Shown: in pieces, positions 48,775 to 57,300 of the stretch
Position numbering within the stretch: the stretch's first letter is position 1
Layout: every line of letters begins with the position of its first letter
Source: Candidatus Berkelbacteria bacterium
GTDB taxonomy: Bacteria > Patescibacteriota > UBA1384 > XYA2-FULL-43-10 > CAINNR01
Length of the DNA stretch: 57,758 nt
Assembly (NCBI GenBank): GCA_037142675.1
Contig: JBAXAF010000005.1
Span: 1-57,758 of the forward strand
Direction: 5' to 3'
Notes under the pieces: generated by a model
Told to the model about the DNA's origin: nothing
Database searches by the model: none
Seen by the model: the letters and a program-made list of their open reading frames with translations, nothing else
Program-made: the position numbers and the translations under genes

Positions 48775-50019
48775 TTATTCCTTTAGCGAATCCACCACTC
48801 TATCAATTGTGCCGGAAATAACCGATGGGGTACCAGCCAAGTCAATGGCCATGTTGGCCAGTGCCATGGGCGTAATATCCTGTGGATCATCCAGGCTTTC
48901 TGTTTCGTCTAAAACCGAGGCCACATCGCGCGGTCGGATAAAATTAACTTTCGGTTTTTTAGCGAAAGGTAGGTCGTCTACCCATTCAGAAGTTTCGAGG
49001 ATTTTTTTAATATCCGGCAACATTGACCCACCACCGCAAAGCAAAATTTTTGATGGCAACAGATCAACGCCAGCAAACTCCTCTAATGCTAATTGTACGC
49101 CGGAAACCCAGGTCTGACAATCACCATCCAGGGCTTTTTTGACTTTTTCTGTCTTAGTTTTTTCTAGCTCCCCAGCCGAATAAGCCATTTTTAGTTTTTC
49201 GGCCTCCTGGAAACTCAGATTAAATTCATTGGCCAGCCTCTTGGTAAAAACACGGCCACCAATAGCAAACATTTTCGTTCCTTCAACTCCACCATTGCGA
49301 ACTACAGCGATGTCAGTCGTTCCGCCACCGATATCAATGAAAATAGCTGAAAATTCAACCGACTCTTCCATGCCCATACTCCTAGCCACTGCATATGGCT
49401 CGGCCACAACGCCCAAAAGATCCAATCCAAGTCCTTCAGTGATGGTTTGCAAGGCTCCCAGGTGAACTATTGGGGCGAAAGCGTTAAAGATTCCAACGGA
49501 AATATCACGGCCCTGAAAACCAACAGGGTTGGTGACTTTGTAGCCGTCTATTTTAACATCAACTACTGCAGAATTAACCAAGCGAACATCGATTTCCGAA
49601 TAACCAGTTTCCCAGGCTAAATTGGCCCTAGTTTTCTCAAAAGCTTTCTTTTGAACTTCTGTGATAATGGTTTTTAGCTCTCCTACAGTAACTTTTGATT
49701 TTGGCGCCGGCCGCTGATAGTGAACGGTGGTAGTTGTGCCTTTAACAAGCTCCCCGGCAATACCAACAACACACTGAGTTGGCGCGACACCCGATTCTTC
49801 GGCTGCTTGATCAAGGGCTTTTTCACAATTAGCAATAACACCGGAAATGTCAGTCACCCGCCCGCCCTGCATGTCGGATAATTTCTGCCGTTGGCGGCCA
49901 CAACCGATAACCGAAGCTTGGTCATCGTCAATACGAAAAATTAGGGCCTTAACAAATTCAGTCCCGATGTCGAGAGCTAGCGCATAATTCTTCTTTTTAC
50001 CCATGCCAAGAAATCCCAT
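48775..50019 (-). CDS. actin-fold ATPase, FtsA-like
   Basis: Phosphate and adenosine motifs LALDIGTEFVK, IDIGGGTTDIAV, LCGGGSMLP. 414 aa. Confidence 0.75.
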   Translation of the reverse strand: MGFLGMGKKKNYALALDIGTEFVKALIFRIDDDQASVIGCGRQRQKLSDMQGGRVTDISGVIANCEKALDQAAEESGVAPTQCVVGIAGELVKGTTTTVHYQRPAPKSKVTVGELKTIITEVQKKAFEKTRANLAWETGYSEIDVRLVNSAVVDVKIDGYKVTNPVGFQGRDISVGIFNAFAPIVHLGALQTITEGLGLDLLGVVAEPYAVARSMGMEESVEFSAIFIDIGGGTTDIAVVRNGGVEGTKMFAIGGRVFTKRLANEFNLSFQEAEKLKMAYSAGELEKTKTEKVKKALDGDCQTWVSGVQLALEEFAGVDLLPSKILLCGGGSMLPDIKKILETSEWVDDLPFAKKPKVNFIRPRDVASVLDETESLDDPQDITPMALANMAIDLAGTPSVISGTIDRVVDSLKE

Positions 50020-50066
50020 CCCGCTCCTATCTACAATAACTCCCCATGAGGGAGATCTTTTCTATA

Positions 50067-50190
50067 TTATAACAAGATTTCAATAGTTTTACAAAGTGCC
50101 ACCATAGCGTTAAAAGCTCTGCTTATAACAAGGTATAAATAGTTTCGCCAGAGGTGAAGGTCATAACGTTAAAAGCTCTGCTTAGCGCAA
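50067..50190. repeat. intergenic repeat family 2
   Basis: TTATAACAAGATTTCAATAG (compare 10876) and a direct repeat CGTTAAAAGCTCTGCTTA at about 50108 and about 50166. Confidence 0.55.
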
Positions 50191-50196
50191 GCCAAT

Positions 50197-50475
50197 AAAA
50201 AAGAAAAACGCCGACACATGGTCGGCGACGGACAGATAGTTATTGGCGCTGGAGCCCAGCGCCGGTTTCCTGATGCTCTACGCGAGCGTGTTCGGGGAGC
50301 TGATGGTTGCTCCAATCCTGCTACCACTTGCCGCCAGCTTTACAGCTCTGCTTCGATGTTTACTGCGAGGAAGCGGCGCAATCCGCACAATTGTGGGTCG
50401 CAACTCCACGAGATAGCACGGAAAGGCTGGAACATCAGCATTTTTTGGTGGTGAGTCGCAAAATGCCTCCAGCAT
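50197..50475 (-). ncRNA. candidate structured GC-rich non-coding RNA (class unknown)
   Basis: A GC-rich block of about 270 nt in an AT-rich spacer with no convincing ORF or SD. Perfect hairpins at 50245-50263 (8 bp) and 50296-50313 (5 bp). On the minus strand it ends in the terminator CGCCGAC-N5-GTCGGCG plus a U-run (50227-50197). A TG-containing AT-rich -10-like element lies near 50482-50491. Confidence 0.45.
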
Positions 50476-50504
50476 TTGAAAATATATCACATATATTCCC
50501 AAAA

Positions 50505-50540
50505 ATAAAATACCACTGGTATGTACCAGTGGTATTTTTT
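50505..50540 (-). terminator. bidirectional terminator downstream of 50624-50965
   Basis: TACCACTGGTA / TACCAGTGGTA perfect palindrome flanked by A-runs and T-runs. Confidence 0.65.
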
Positions 50541-50623
50541 AACGCTTTGTTCTCGCTTCCAGCGATATCTTTAGATCTTGTTATAAATGCATTAAAGTTT
50601 TTTGTTATTCAAAAATTATGGCA

Positions 50624-50965
50624 CTATGCAGCCTCTTTTTGCTGCTCGTTATTCGCTTTTCTAATTCTAATCCAATCTCTCAACATTTTTTTCTCAGCAT
50701 CTCGTAAATGCACAAGCTCATTACCCAAAGCAGATGGTAATGAATCTCCTCCGTCTATCACAGATTCTAGTTCTGAAATCCTCTGATACATTTCTCTCGG
50801 CAGTATGCCTTCTACCATACCACCCAACTTCTCAACATTGATTGTTAGATCATTAATATATTGTTCGCTATTACTGTGAACATTGACCTGATCTACGCCT
50901 TCGCTTTCGACGCGCGCTAATTCACCCTCTCCTATTAACTCGCTGTGACTTTCACGTTCTAGCAT
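50624..50965 (-). CDS. hypothetical acidic protein (113 aa)
   Basis: GGAGG SD 5 nt before the ATG. It follows alaS. No family recognised. Confidence 0.55.
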   Translation of the reverse strand: MLERESHSELIGEGELARVESEGVDQVNVHSNSEQYINDLTINVEKLGGMVEGILPREMYQRISELESVIDGGDSLPSALGNELVHLRDAEKKMLRDWIRIRKANNEQQKEAA

Positions 50966-50981
50966 TGTGCCTCCAAATTTA

Positions 50982-52727
50982 TTATTCCAAAGCTGCTTTA
51001 ATCCTTCTAACCCCGGCGCTAGATGATTCCTCTTTAGAAATCTTGAAAGTGCCTAGTTCTCCAGTAGCTGCAACATGTGGACCACCGCAGATTTCTTTTG
51101 AGAACGATCCAATGGTGTAAACTTTAACTTTTTCGCCGTAGCGGTCATCAAAAACACCACTAGCACCGGATTTTTTGGCATCATCTAAACTTAATTCTTC
51201 CATTTCAACTGGAATATCTTCTTTAATTTTATCATTGACGATTTTTTCCACTTCGCTAATTTGTTCCAGTGTTAATTTTTCCGGCCAATTAAAATCAAAC
51301 CGCAAACGTTCTTCAGTGATGTTAGATCCTTTTTGTGAAACTTCCGGCGATAGTAACTGTCGCAGCGCAGCCAACAATAAATGTGCAGCGGTGTGCAAAC
51401 GTGTAGTTTCAACCTTATTATCAGCCAAGCCACCCTTAAACATCCCCGCCGAGGCTGTGCGTGATTTTGCTTGATGTTCTTGAATCGCTCGTTCGTAGCC
51501 ATCCTGATCAACCTTAATCCCAAGCTCTTTCGCAATTTCAAAACTCATGTCTGGCGGCACACCATAAGTTTGATAATTCTCATAAATATATGTCCCAGAT
51601 GCAGTCATTTGCGAATTCGGCGATAAGATCGGCTCATCTTTAATTTTTTTAATTACTCCGCCATTGATTGCCTGATCCAGGTCAATTTTGTATTGAGCTA
51701 CCCAGTCAAGCGGCTTTTGAAACTTCTCTCGCTCCTCAGCTATAATTTTTTTTATATTATCCAACGATTTAATACTGGAAAGGCTGGCAATCAGTTCAAT
51801 TAATGATTCAAGATCAAAATTTTCAGACAACACTTTATATTTCCGAATTGCCCGACGAATTAGACGCCGCAAAACGTATCCGCGATTCACATTTGATGGG
51901 GCAACACCGTCAGAAATTAATGCGACAGCAGAGCGCAAATGATCAGCGATAATACGAAAAGCCTTTTCATTTCCCGAATATTTTTTACCAGATATCTCTT
52001 CAATTTTTTTAATAATCGGCTGGAACAAATCTGTTTCGTAAACATCTGACTTTCCTTGCATCACAACAGTCAAGCGCTCCAGACCCATGCCGGTATCAAC
52101 ACCTTTGAGTTCTGATTCAACGTACTTACCGCCCCGCATAACGTACTGATTGAAAACACAATTCCAAACTTCCAGGCCATCAACATAAAATTCAACTGTT
52201 GGACCGCCAGGCGAACCTTCTGTGCCGAGTGACCAAAAAGTTTCGCTAAACCCAGTGGCGTTGATTTCTTTCAGATCCGGAATGGTTTTCAGAATTTCTA
52301 ACGATTCTTTATCTTCCGGGATGTTATCATCACCGCCAAAATAGTTAGCATGAATCCTGTTTTTATCAATCGACAAAACTTCGGTCAAAAATCCCCAAGC
52401 CAGTTTGATAGTTTCCTCCTTGAAATAGGCGCCGTCTTTTTCCGGATAGCCAAAAGAGAAATTTCCCAACATTTCAAAGAAAGTTAGATGAGATTCATCG
52501 CCAACTTCATCAATGTCACCAGTACGAACACATTTCTGGCAAGTCGTGATTCGGACAGAAGGGGCTTCCTCCGGAAACAGATAATATCGTTTGAATTGCT
52601 GCATCCCTGCGGTCGTAAAAAGTACCGAAGGATCATTTTCCGGCACAAGAGAAGACGAAGGGATCACCTTGTGACCCCGCTCGCTAAAAAACTCTAGAAA
52701 TTTACTACGCAATTCGGATGAAGTCAT
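50982..52727 (-). CDS. alaS: alanyl-tRNA synthetase, compact form (581 aa)
   Basis: FTTAGMQQFK, VDTGMGLERL, editing-site HTAAHLL and CGGPHV. There is no C-Ala domain. Confidence 0.9.
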   Translation of the reverse strand: MTSSELRSKFLEFFSERGHKVIPSSSLVPENDPSVLFTTAGMQQFKRYYLFPEEAPSVRITTCQKCVRTGDIDEVGDESHLTFFEMLGNFSFGYPEKDGAYFKEETIKLAWGFLTEVLSIDKNRIHANYFGGDDNIPEDKESLEILKTIPDLKEINATGFSETFWSLGTEGSPGGPTVEFYVDGLEVWNCVFNQYVMRGGKYVESELKGVDTGMGLERLTVVMQGKSDVYETDLFQPIIKKIEEISGKKYSGNEKAFRIIADHLRSAVALISDGVAPSNVNRGYVLRRLIRRAIRKYKVLSENFDLESLIELIASLSSIKSLDNIKKIIAEEREKFQKPLDWVAQYKIDLDQAINGGVIKKIKDEPILSPNSQMTASGTYIYENYQTYGVPPDMSFEIAKELGIKVDQDGYERAIQEHQAKSRTASAGMFKGGLADNKVETTRLHTAAHLLLAALRQLLSPEVSQKGSNITEERLRFDFNWPEKLTLEQISEVEKIVNDKIKEDIPVEMEELSLDDAKKSGASGVFDDRYGEKVKVYTIGSFSKEICGGPHVAATGELGTFKISKEESSSAGVRRIKAALE

Positions 52728-52868
52728 AATTATAAAATTCTAAACTCAAATATCAAAATTCTAAACAATTTTAAAATTCAAATGTTCAAATATTTTAAAC
52801 TTTTGAGATTTTGATAATTTGGTCATTTAGATTTATTTAGGATTTAGAGTTTAGAAATTAGAGTTTGA
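52728..52868. repeat. palindromic intergenic repeat, family 1, copy e
   Basis: Same architecture as copy a, with diverged arms (AAATTCTAAACTCAAATATC ... GATTTAGAGTTTAGAAATTAGAG). Confidence 0.8.
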
Positions 52869-53546
52869 TTAGTTGGTTCCGTAAAGTACTGAAACTAAGT
52901 TTTTCAATGCCTGTCCCCAAACAACATTTCTAGATGGGGCGTCATTAACTTTAACTATTGGCTTGCCACTAGCAACAGTGGTAGCCGGGCCATTTAAGTC
53001 TAGCTGATCTTGATAAAGTTTATGATAAACTGCCTTGTAATCCAAGACTTTTTTAGCGTAACTATTTGTGCTTGGGTCTTGCAAAAGCCCCATTCGCAAC
53101 CATTTATCAGCATTGCCGCCACCAGCATTGTATGCAGCAAGAGCCGCAACTTCATTGCCACCATATTTTTCTTTCAAAACATGAATTTGCCAAGTTGCGA
53201 ATTGAATTCCTATTTCTGGGTTAAAAAGATCTGAAGTTTGAAAATTTGTCATCTCAACGCCCTTGGCGATACTTCTGCCAGTTGGTGGCATAATTTGTCC
53301 AATACCAAGTGCGCCAACTGGTGATTGGGCCTGAGGGTTAAATCCGGACTCCAACATAAGAAGTCCTGCCACTAAAAATGGGTCTTCATTGTACTCTTTG
53401 CACCATTTTTTAATGGTATCTTGATACTTAAGAGGAAAAACCTGGTCGCCCAAAATTGACGGTAAATAAAAATACCCTGCGACTATCGCAGCCAAGACAG
53501 CAATCGAGATGATTACTTTTTTAATTCGGGATCTTTTATCCGCCAT
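52869..53546 (-). CDS. lytic transglycosylase (SLT domain), membrane anchored
   Basis: Catalytic ESGFNP, GIGQIMPPTG, AYNAGGGN. ATG 53546 is preferred (the ORF track starts 10 codons earlier). Confidence 0.85.
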   Translation of the reverse strand: MADKRSRIKKVIISIAVLAAIVAGYFYLPSILGDQVFPLKYQDTIKKWCKEYNEDPFLVAGLLMLESGFNPQAQSPVGALGIGQIMPPTGRSIAKGVEMTNFQTSDLFNPEIGIQFATWQIHVLKEKYGGNEVAALAAYNAGGGNADKWLRMGLLQDPSTNSYAKKVLDYKAVYHKLYQDQLDLNGPATTVASGKPIVKVNDAPSRNVVWGQALKNLVSVLYGTN

Positions 53547-53569
53547 CTGAATTAATTGTAGCAGATTTA

Positions 53570-53598
53570 AAAACAAAAAAACAGAAGTTTATTTCTGT
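53570..53598 (-). terminator. bidirectional terminator ending the tRNA-Leu(UAA) unit
   Basis: ACAGAA-GTTTAT-TTCTGT hairpin with flanking A-runs and T-runs. Confidence 0.6.
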
Positions 53599-53604
53599 TT
53601 TTTC

Positions 53605-53763
53605 TGGTGCAACGCTTAGCGTTGCGATTACCAAGCTTAGCTTGGTGCCCGAGATCGGAGTCCTCACCCGTTCGCAGGCTCACTCATAGAAACCCACGGT
53701 TTCTATTCCAAGATATAATAATTCACTCACCAACTTTCGCCGACAATAAATGTCAGCGCAAGT
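53605..53763 (-). other. structured tRNA-Leu(UAA) trailer with a duplicated tRNA 3' end and an ACCA-ended minihelix
   Basis: 53642-53662 exactly repeats the tRNA 3' end at 53763-53783. Hairpin ACCAAGC-TAA-GCTTGGT (53630-53646). Minihelix GCAACGC-TAA-GCGTTGC plus ACCA (53625-53605). Further hairpins lie in between. Confidence 0.7.
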
Positions 53764-53851
53764 TGGTGCCCGAGATCGGAGTCGAACCGATACGGTTTTT
53801 AAGGCCAAAGGATTTTAAGTCCTTCGTGTCTACCAATTCCACCACTCGGGC
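53764..53851 (-). tRNA. tRNA-Leu (anticodon UAA), CCA encoded
   Basis: Cloverleaf by hand: acceptor GCCCGAG/CTCGGGC, anticodon stem AAGGA/TCCTT with loop CTTAAAA, long variable arm, T arm ATCGG-TTCGACT-CCGAT, A73-CCA. Confidence 0.9.
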
Positions 53852-53933
53852 AATTCTTATGAATAATGAATCTCGAATTAAGAATTATGGTTTCAAATCC
53901 ATGATTCACAATTCCTAATTCATAATTCAAGCT

Positions 53934-54899
53934 TTAGCCTATCTTCCAACCGCCATCTGTTTTCTCTAGTTTGCCATCAATTATAAATCCAGCTGCACGT
54001 TTATGACCGCCGCCGCCAAACAAACTGGCGATTTTTGCCACATCAACCTTGGCGGATTCTGTTCGTAAACTGCCTTTAATTTTACCATCCGGGGTCTCAT
54101 AAAGCAAGAGTGTGGCAACGTCGTCCGGAATGGTACTGATAAGGTTAACTACGCCGGCCAAATCCTGGTCGCTAGCGCCAACACTTTCAATGTCCTGGCG
54201 GGTAATAACTGAGTAAACTAATTTGATATCAGTGAGCTCAATAATTCGATCAAGTGCTATCCCCCACAATTTCAACATGGCTAAACTTTTGTGATTCGAA
54301 ATATTTGTGGAGATATTTTTAAGTTTTGCTCCATGGCTCATTAATTGCGAGGCCGCGGAAAAAGTTTTGGCCGAAACATTAGCGTGCTGGAAACCTCCGG
54401 TATCAGTGTAAATTCCGGTCAGAAGCATTGTCGCAACATCAGTTTCTAGCTCCGCCCCCACTTTATTGAAAAGACCAAAAATAATTTCGCAAGTCGACGA
54501 AGCATTTTCGTCAACCACATTGATATTGGCATATTTCCAAATGTCATTTTTAGGATGATGGTCAATATTAACAATCGGTATTCCGCGCTCTTTAGCCTTG
54601 ATAATTCGATCGGCGTAACCGGTTCTCTTAAGGTCACCATTATCAATTAGAATAATGGCGTCAAAGTCTCCGACCAAAAAATCACTTTTTGCATCACGCC
54701 AATCAGGCAAATACTTGAAAACCTCCGGGACTCCTTGCGAAGAGGCAACCGTAATTTCTTTTCCCAGTGATTTTAACAATCTAGCAGTTGCCAAAGTTGC
54801 TGAAACTGTATCCCCGTCTGGGCGCTCATGAGCAACTAAAAGAAATTTCTGGTTTTCGTCCCGCTCCAGAAAAGTAATGAGTTTTGTATAAGAAGCCAT
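53934..54899 (-). CDS. nrnA: DHH/DHHA1 phosphoesterase (NrnA-like nanoRNase/pAp phosphatase)
   Basis: HERPDGD, IDNGD, NIDHHPKN, C-terminal GGGGH. Confidence 0.8.
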   Translation of the reverse strand: MASYTKLITFLERDENQKFLLVAHERPDGDTVSATLATARLLKSLGKEITVASSQGVPEVFKYLPDWRDAKSDFLVGDFDAIILIDNGDLKRTGYADRIIKAKERGIPIVNIDHHPKNDIWKYANINVVDENASSTCEIIFGLFNKVGAELETDVATMLLTGIYTDTGGFQHANVSAKTFSAASQLMSHGAKLKNISTNISNHKSLAMLKLWGIALDRIIELTDIKLVYSVITRQDIESVGASDQDLAGVVNLISTIPDDVATLLLYETPDGKIKGSLRTESAKVDVAKIASLFGGGGHKRAAGFIIDGKLEKTDGGWKIG

Positions 54900-54986
54900 A
54901 ATTTAAATTGACCTAATTAGTCTAATTTTTCTAATTGATCTAAACTAGAGATTGTTTAGAAATTAGGTTAATTAGAAATTAGAAAT
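54900..54986. repeat. palindromic intergenic repeat, variant family
   Basis: Inverted arms CTAATTAGTCTAATTTTTCTAATT ... AATTAGGTTAATTAGAAATTAGAAATT. Confidence 0.6.
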
Positions 54987-55466
54987 TTACGATTTTTCGA
55001 GAAAAATCGTCTGGTGTCCTTCTTCTGGCAAAGCTGATTTGATCACCTTAACCGACTTAGCAACTTCGCCCTCAAGACCTTCCTTGTTCAACATTTCAAT
55101 GTTTGAATACAACATCGGAATAATCATGCTCGGCTCCAGGGTAGCTGATAATTCAAGAGCTTCTTTAAGCGTCATTGAGTCCTCTTCTCCTGCCGGCAAG
55201 AACAATAAGTCAACACCGTCGAGTAACTCTATTTGCTTATCAGAAAACTTTTTTGATTTACCCGGATAAAGCATCATAACTTCTTCGGCCAAAATCTTAA
55301 ACACACTCTGCTCAAAAGGTGCCTCAACAAAAACATTTTTCCGCTCATATTCTCCAGGGCTATCGATGATGAAACCATCAATATTAACCGAGTCTGACGC
55401 TAATGTGATATTGGCATCGCGAGTTTTGATTTGAAACTTATCCCCGCCCAAATAAGTAATAATCAT
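54987..55466 (-). CDS. hypothetical protein (159 aa, possibly a truncated metallo-beta-lactamase-fold protein)
   Basis: GGAGG SD lies inside the rpsA end. N-terminus MIITYLGGDKFQIK resembles UPF0173-type hydrolases, but no metal motif was seen. Confidence 0.5.
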   Translation of the reverse strand: MIITYLGGDKFQIKTRDANITLASDSVNIDGFIIDSPGEYERKNVFVEAPFEQSVFKILAEEVMMLYPGKSKKFSDKQIELLDGVDLLFLPAGEEDSMTLKEALELSATLEPSMIIPMLYSNIEMLNKEGLEGEVAKSVKVIKSALPEEGHQTIFLEKS

Positions 55467-56768
55467 TTATTCCTCCGTTTTTTTGGCTTTCTTAGCCTTA
55501 GGCTTTTCTTCTTTTTGCTCTTTGATTTCCTTTGTTTCCGATTCTTCCTCTTTTGCTTCGATATTAGAATTCTGTACTTCGGATTTTTCTTCTGTGTCTA
55601 TCTGCGTGTCTTCCTGTGTAGTCGAGGATTTTTCTTTACCTACGGCTTTCAAGCTAAGGCCTAATCTGTGAGTTTCTGGCTCAATTGAGATAATTTTAAA
55701 TTTGTAATCTTTGCCAAGTTCAACAACTTGTCCAGGATCAACAACATGCTGATCTGAAAGTTCGGAAACATGGACCAAGCCATCAATTTGTTCATCTAGG
55801 GAGACAAATGCTCCAAACGGCGTAATTTTTGTTACTGATCCACTGACGATTTCGTTAACTTTGTATTTCTTGGCCGCATCGGTCCAAGGATCCGAGGCAA
55901 GTTTTTTCAGCGATAGTGACAGTTTTCCATCATCAAGAGAAATCACCATAACTTTGATAACATCGCCGACCTTAAACAGTTGGTTCAAGTCAGCCACTCT
56001 GGACCAAGAAACTTCAGAAATATGAACGAGGCCTTCTACTAAAGGATCAATTTTTACGAATAAGCCAAAATCAACGATTCCAGAAATTTTGCCTTCCAGA
56101 ACATCACCGACTTTATATTTTTCAATCTTTGAAGCAAGTTTTTCTGCGTCAACTGCTTTCTCCGAAAAGATGAGTTTGTTGGCTGCTTTGTCACAGTTGA
56201 TAACTTTAACTGCAATCTTTTCACCAATCAACTTGTTAAGTCTTGTTAGAATTTCTTCTCGGTCGCCGCCAGAAACACGCGGATAATGCTCAGGTGAAAG
56301 TTGAGAAACAGGCAGGAACCCTGGGATTCCACCAATCTCTGAGATTAAACCACCCTTATTTGCCTCGTTAACAGTAATCTCCACTGGCTCGCCGGTTTTA
56401 TATCGCTCTTCCATGTCTTTCCAATAACGCTCACGATCAGCACGTTTAAGAGAGAGAACAACGTTGCCATCTTCATCTTCAAGTAAAATAACGTAGGCGA
56501 AAATAGTATCGCCGACTTTTACTTCGGAGTTCAAAGTGATTTCTTTTTCCGGCACATAGCCCAAAGATAGACCGGCAACATCAGCCCAGACCTTATTCCG
56601 AGAGACTGACAAAACCCTAGCTTCGACAATTTCACCTTCTGCATAAGGCAGAAGTTGATCGCCAGCCTCTTCAATTAAACTCTCCATCGAATCATGGGTT
56701 GGTTTTTTGACTTTCTTTTCTTCTTCGACTTTCTCTACCTCTTCTACTTTTTCTGCAATTTTTGGCAT
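55467..56768 (-). CDS. rpsA: 30S ribosomal protein S1 (four S1 domains, Lys/Glu-rich tail)
   Basis: Repeated S1 OB motifs (G.IV.A.V, GL.GF.P, GLVHISE). GGAGA SD before ATG 56768 (the ORF track starts 6 codons earlier). Confidence 0.85.
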   Translation of the reverse strand: MPKIAEKVEEVEKVEEEKKVKKPTHDSMESLIEEAGDQLLPYAEGEIVEARVLSVSRNKVWADVAGLSLGYVPEKEITLNSEVKVGDTIFAYVILLEDEDGNVVLSLKRADRERYWKDMEERYKTGEPVEITVNEANKGGLISEIGGIPGFLPVSQLSPEHYPRVSGGDREEILTRLNKLIGEKIAVKVINCDKAANKLIFSEKAVDAEKLASKIEKYKVGDVLEGKISGIVDFGLFVKIDPLVEGLVHISEVSWSRVADLNQLFKVGDVIKVMVISLDDGKLSLSLKKLASDPWTDAAKKYKVNEIVSGSVTKITPFGAFVSLDEQIDGLVHVSELSDQHVVDPGQVVELGKDYKFKIISIEPETHRLGLSLKAVGKEKSSTTQEDTQIDTEEKSEVQNSNIEAKEEESETKEIKEQKEEKPKAKKAKKTEE

Positions 56769-56798
56769 TTTTTCTCCATTATTCATAGTTTTTTATTG

Positions 56799-57197
56799 TT
56801 AATTCTTTCTTTTTTTCTTTGGTAAATATTGAATGTATCTTTCATGATTTTTTATTGCCCGTACTTCATGTCGCATCTTGGTAACTGAGTAAATTGTGAT
56901 GACAAAATACCAAATTAGCGTAGTTAGAAGCAACAAAAGCATAGCGATTCTGGTGCCAACGTAAGGTGTACTTTCATATCGAAAAAATGAGATTACTACG
57001 CCCAAAATTCCAATTGTTAAGAAGAAGTTAAATAATCTTGCTCGAAGCCCTTTGTGAATGGTTTGGTTGTAGCCTAGCAAAATAGAAATGATGATGAAAA
57101 CGGTGTAAACACCCAGCAAGATTAAAAACCACTCCATATTGGCTGGTGGATTTATCGAAAAAAGGTATTTTGTTGTAAAAAAATCTTGTGGCAACAT
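56799..57197 (-). CDS. small membrane protein (132 aa)
   Basis: Three hydrophobic helices and a basic C-terminus. No family recognised. Confidence 0.5.
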   Translation of the reverse strand: MLPQDFFTTKYLFSINPPANMEWFLILLGVYTVFIIISILLGYNQTIHKGLRARLFNFFLTIGILGVVISFFRYESTPYVGTRIAMLLLLLTTLIWYFVITIYSVTKMRHEVRAIKNHERYIQYLPKKKRKN

Positions 57198-57208
57198 AAT
57201 ATAATTAT

Positions 57209-57285
57209 TGGTGGGCGCTGGGGGATTCGAACCCGCGACCTACTCAGTGTAAATGAGTTGCTCTAACCAGCTGAGCTAAGCGCCC
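57209..57285 (-). tRNA. tRNA-Val (anticodon UAC), CCA encoded
   Basis: Acceptor GGGCGCT/AGCGCCC, anticodon stem ACTCA/TGAGT with loop TTTACAC, T loop TTCGAAT (one C-C mismatch in the T stem). Confidence 0.85.
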
Positions 57286-57300
57286 GATATATGAATTTAA

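Noticed and set aside
50218-50786. ORFs 50218..50454 (+), 50307..50786 (+), 50278..50502 (-), and a 47-codon hydrophobic frame from ATG 50273.
   Set aside because: None has an SD. One starts inside the terminator loop, another runs through a perfect bidirectional terminator into the antisense of the next gene. The region is better explained as structured RNA.
53642-53783. A large integrated prophage or island at the tRNA-Leu genes.
   Set aside because: The duplicated tRNA 3' ends are only about 100-135 nt apart and enclose no ORF or integrase. At most this is a remnant or a miniature element, and it is reported as such.
53607-53918. 103-aa plus-strand ORF.
   Set aside because: It reads straight through the reverse complement of tRNA-Leu(UAA) and its structured trailer, so it is not coding.
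20614-54986. Repeated intergenic elements considered as a possible CRISPR array.
   Set aside because: The copies are about 130 bp, internally palindromic, and kilobases apart with genes in between. There is no regular repeat-spacer periodicity and there are no cas genes.
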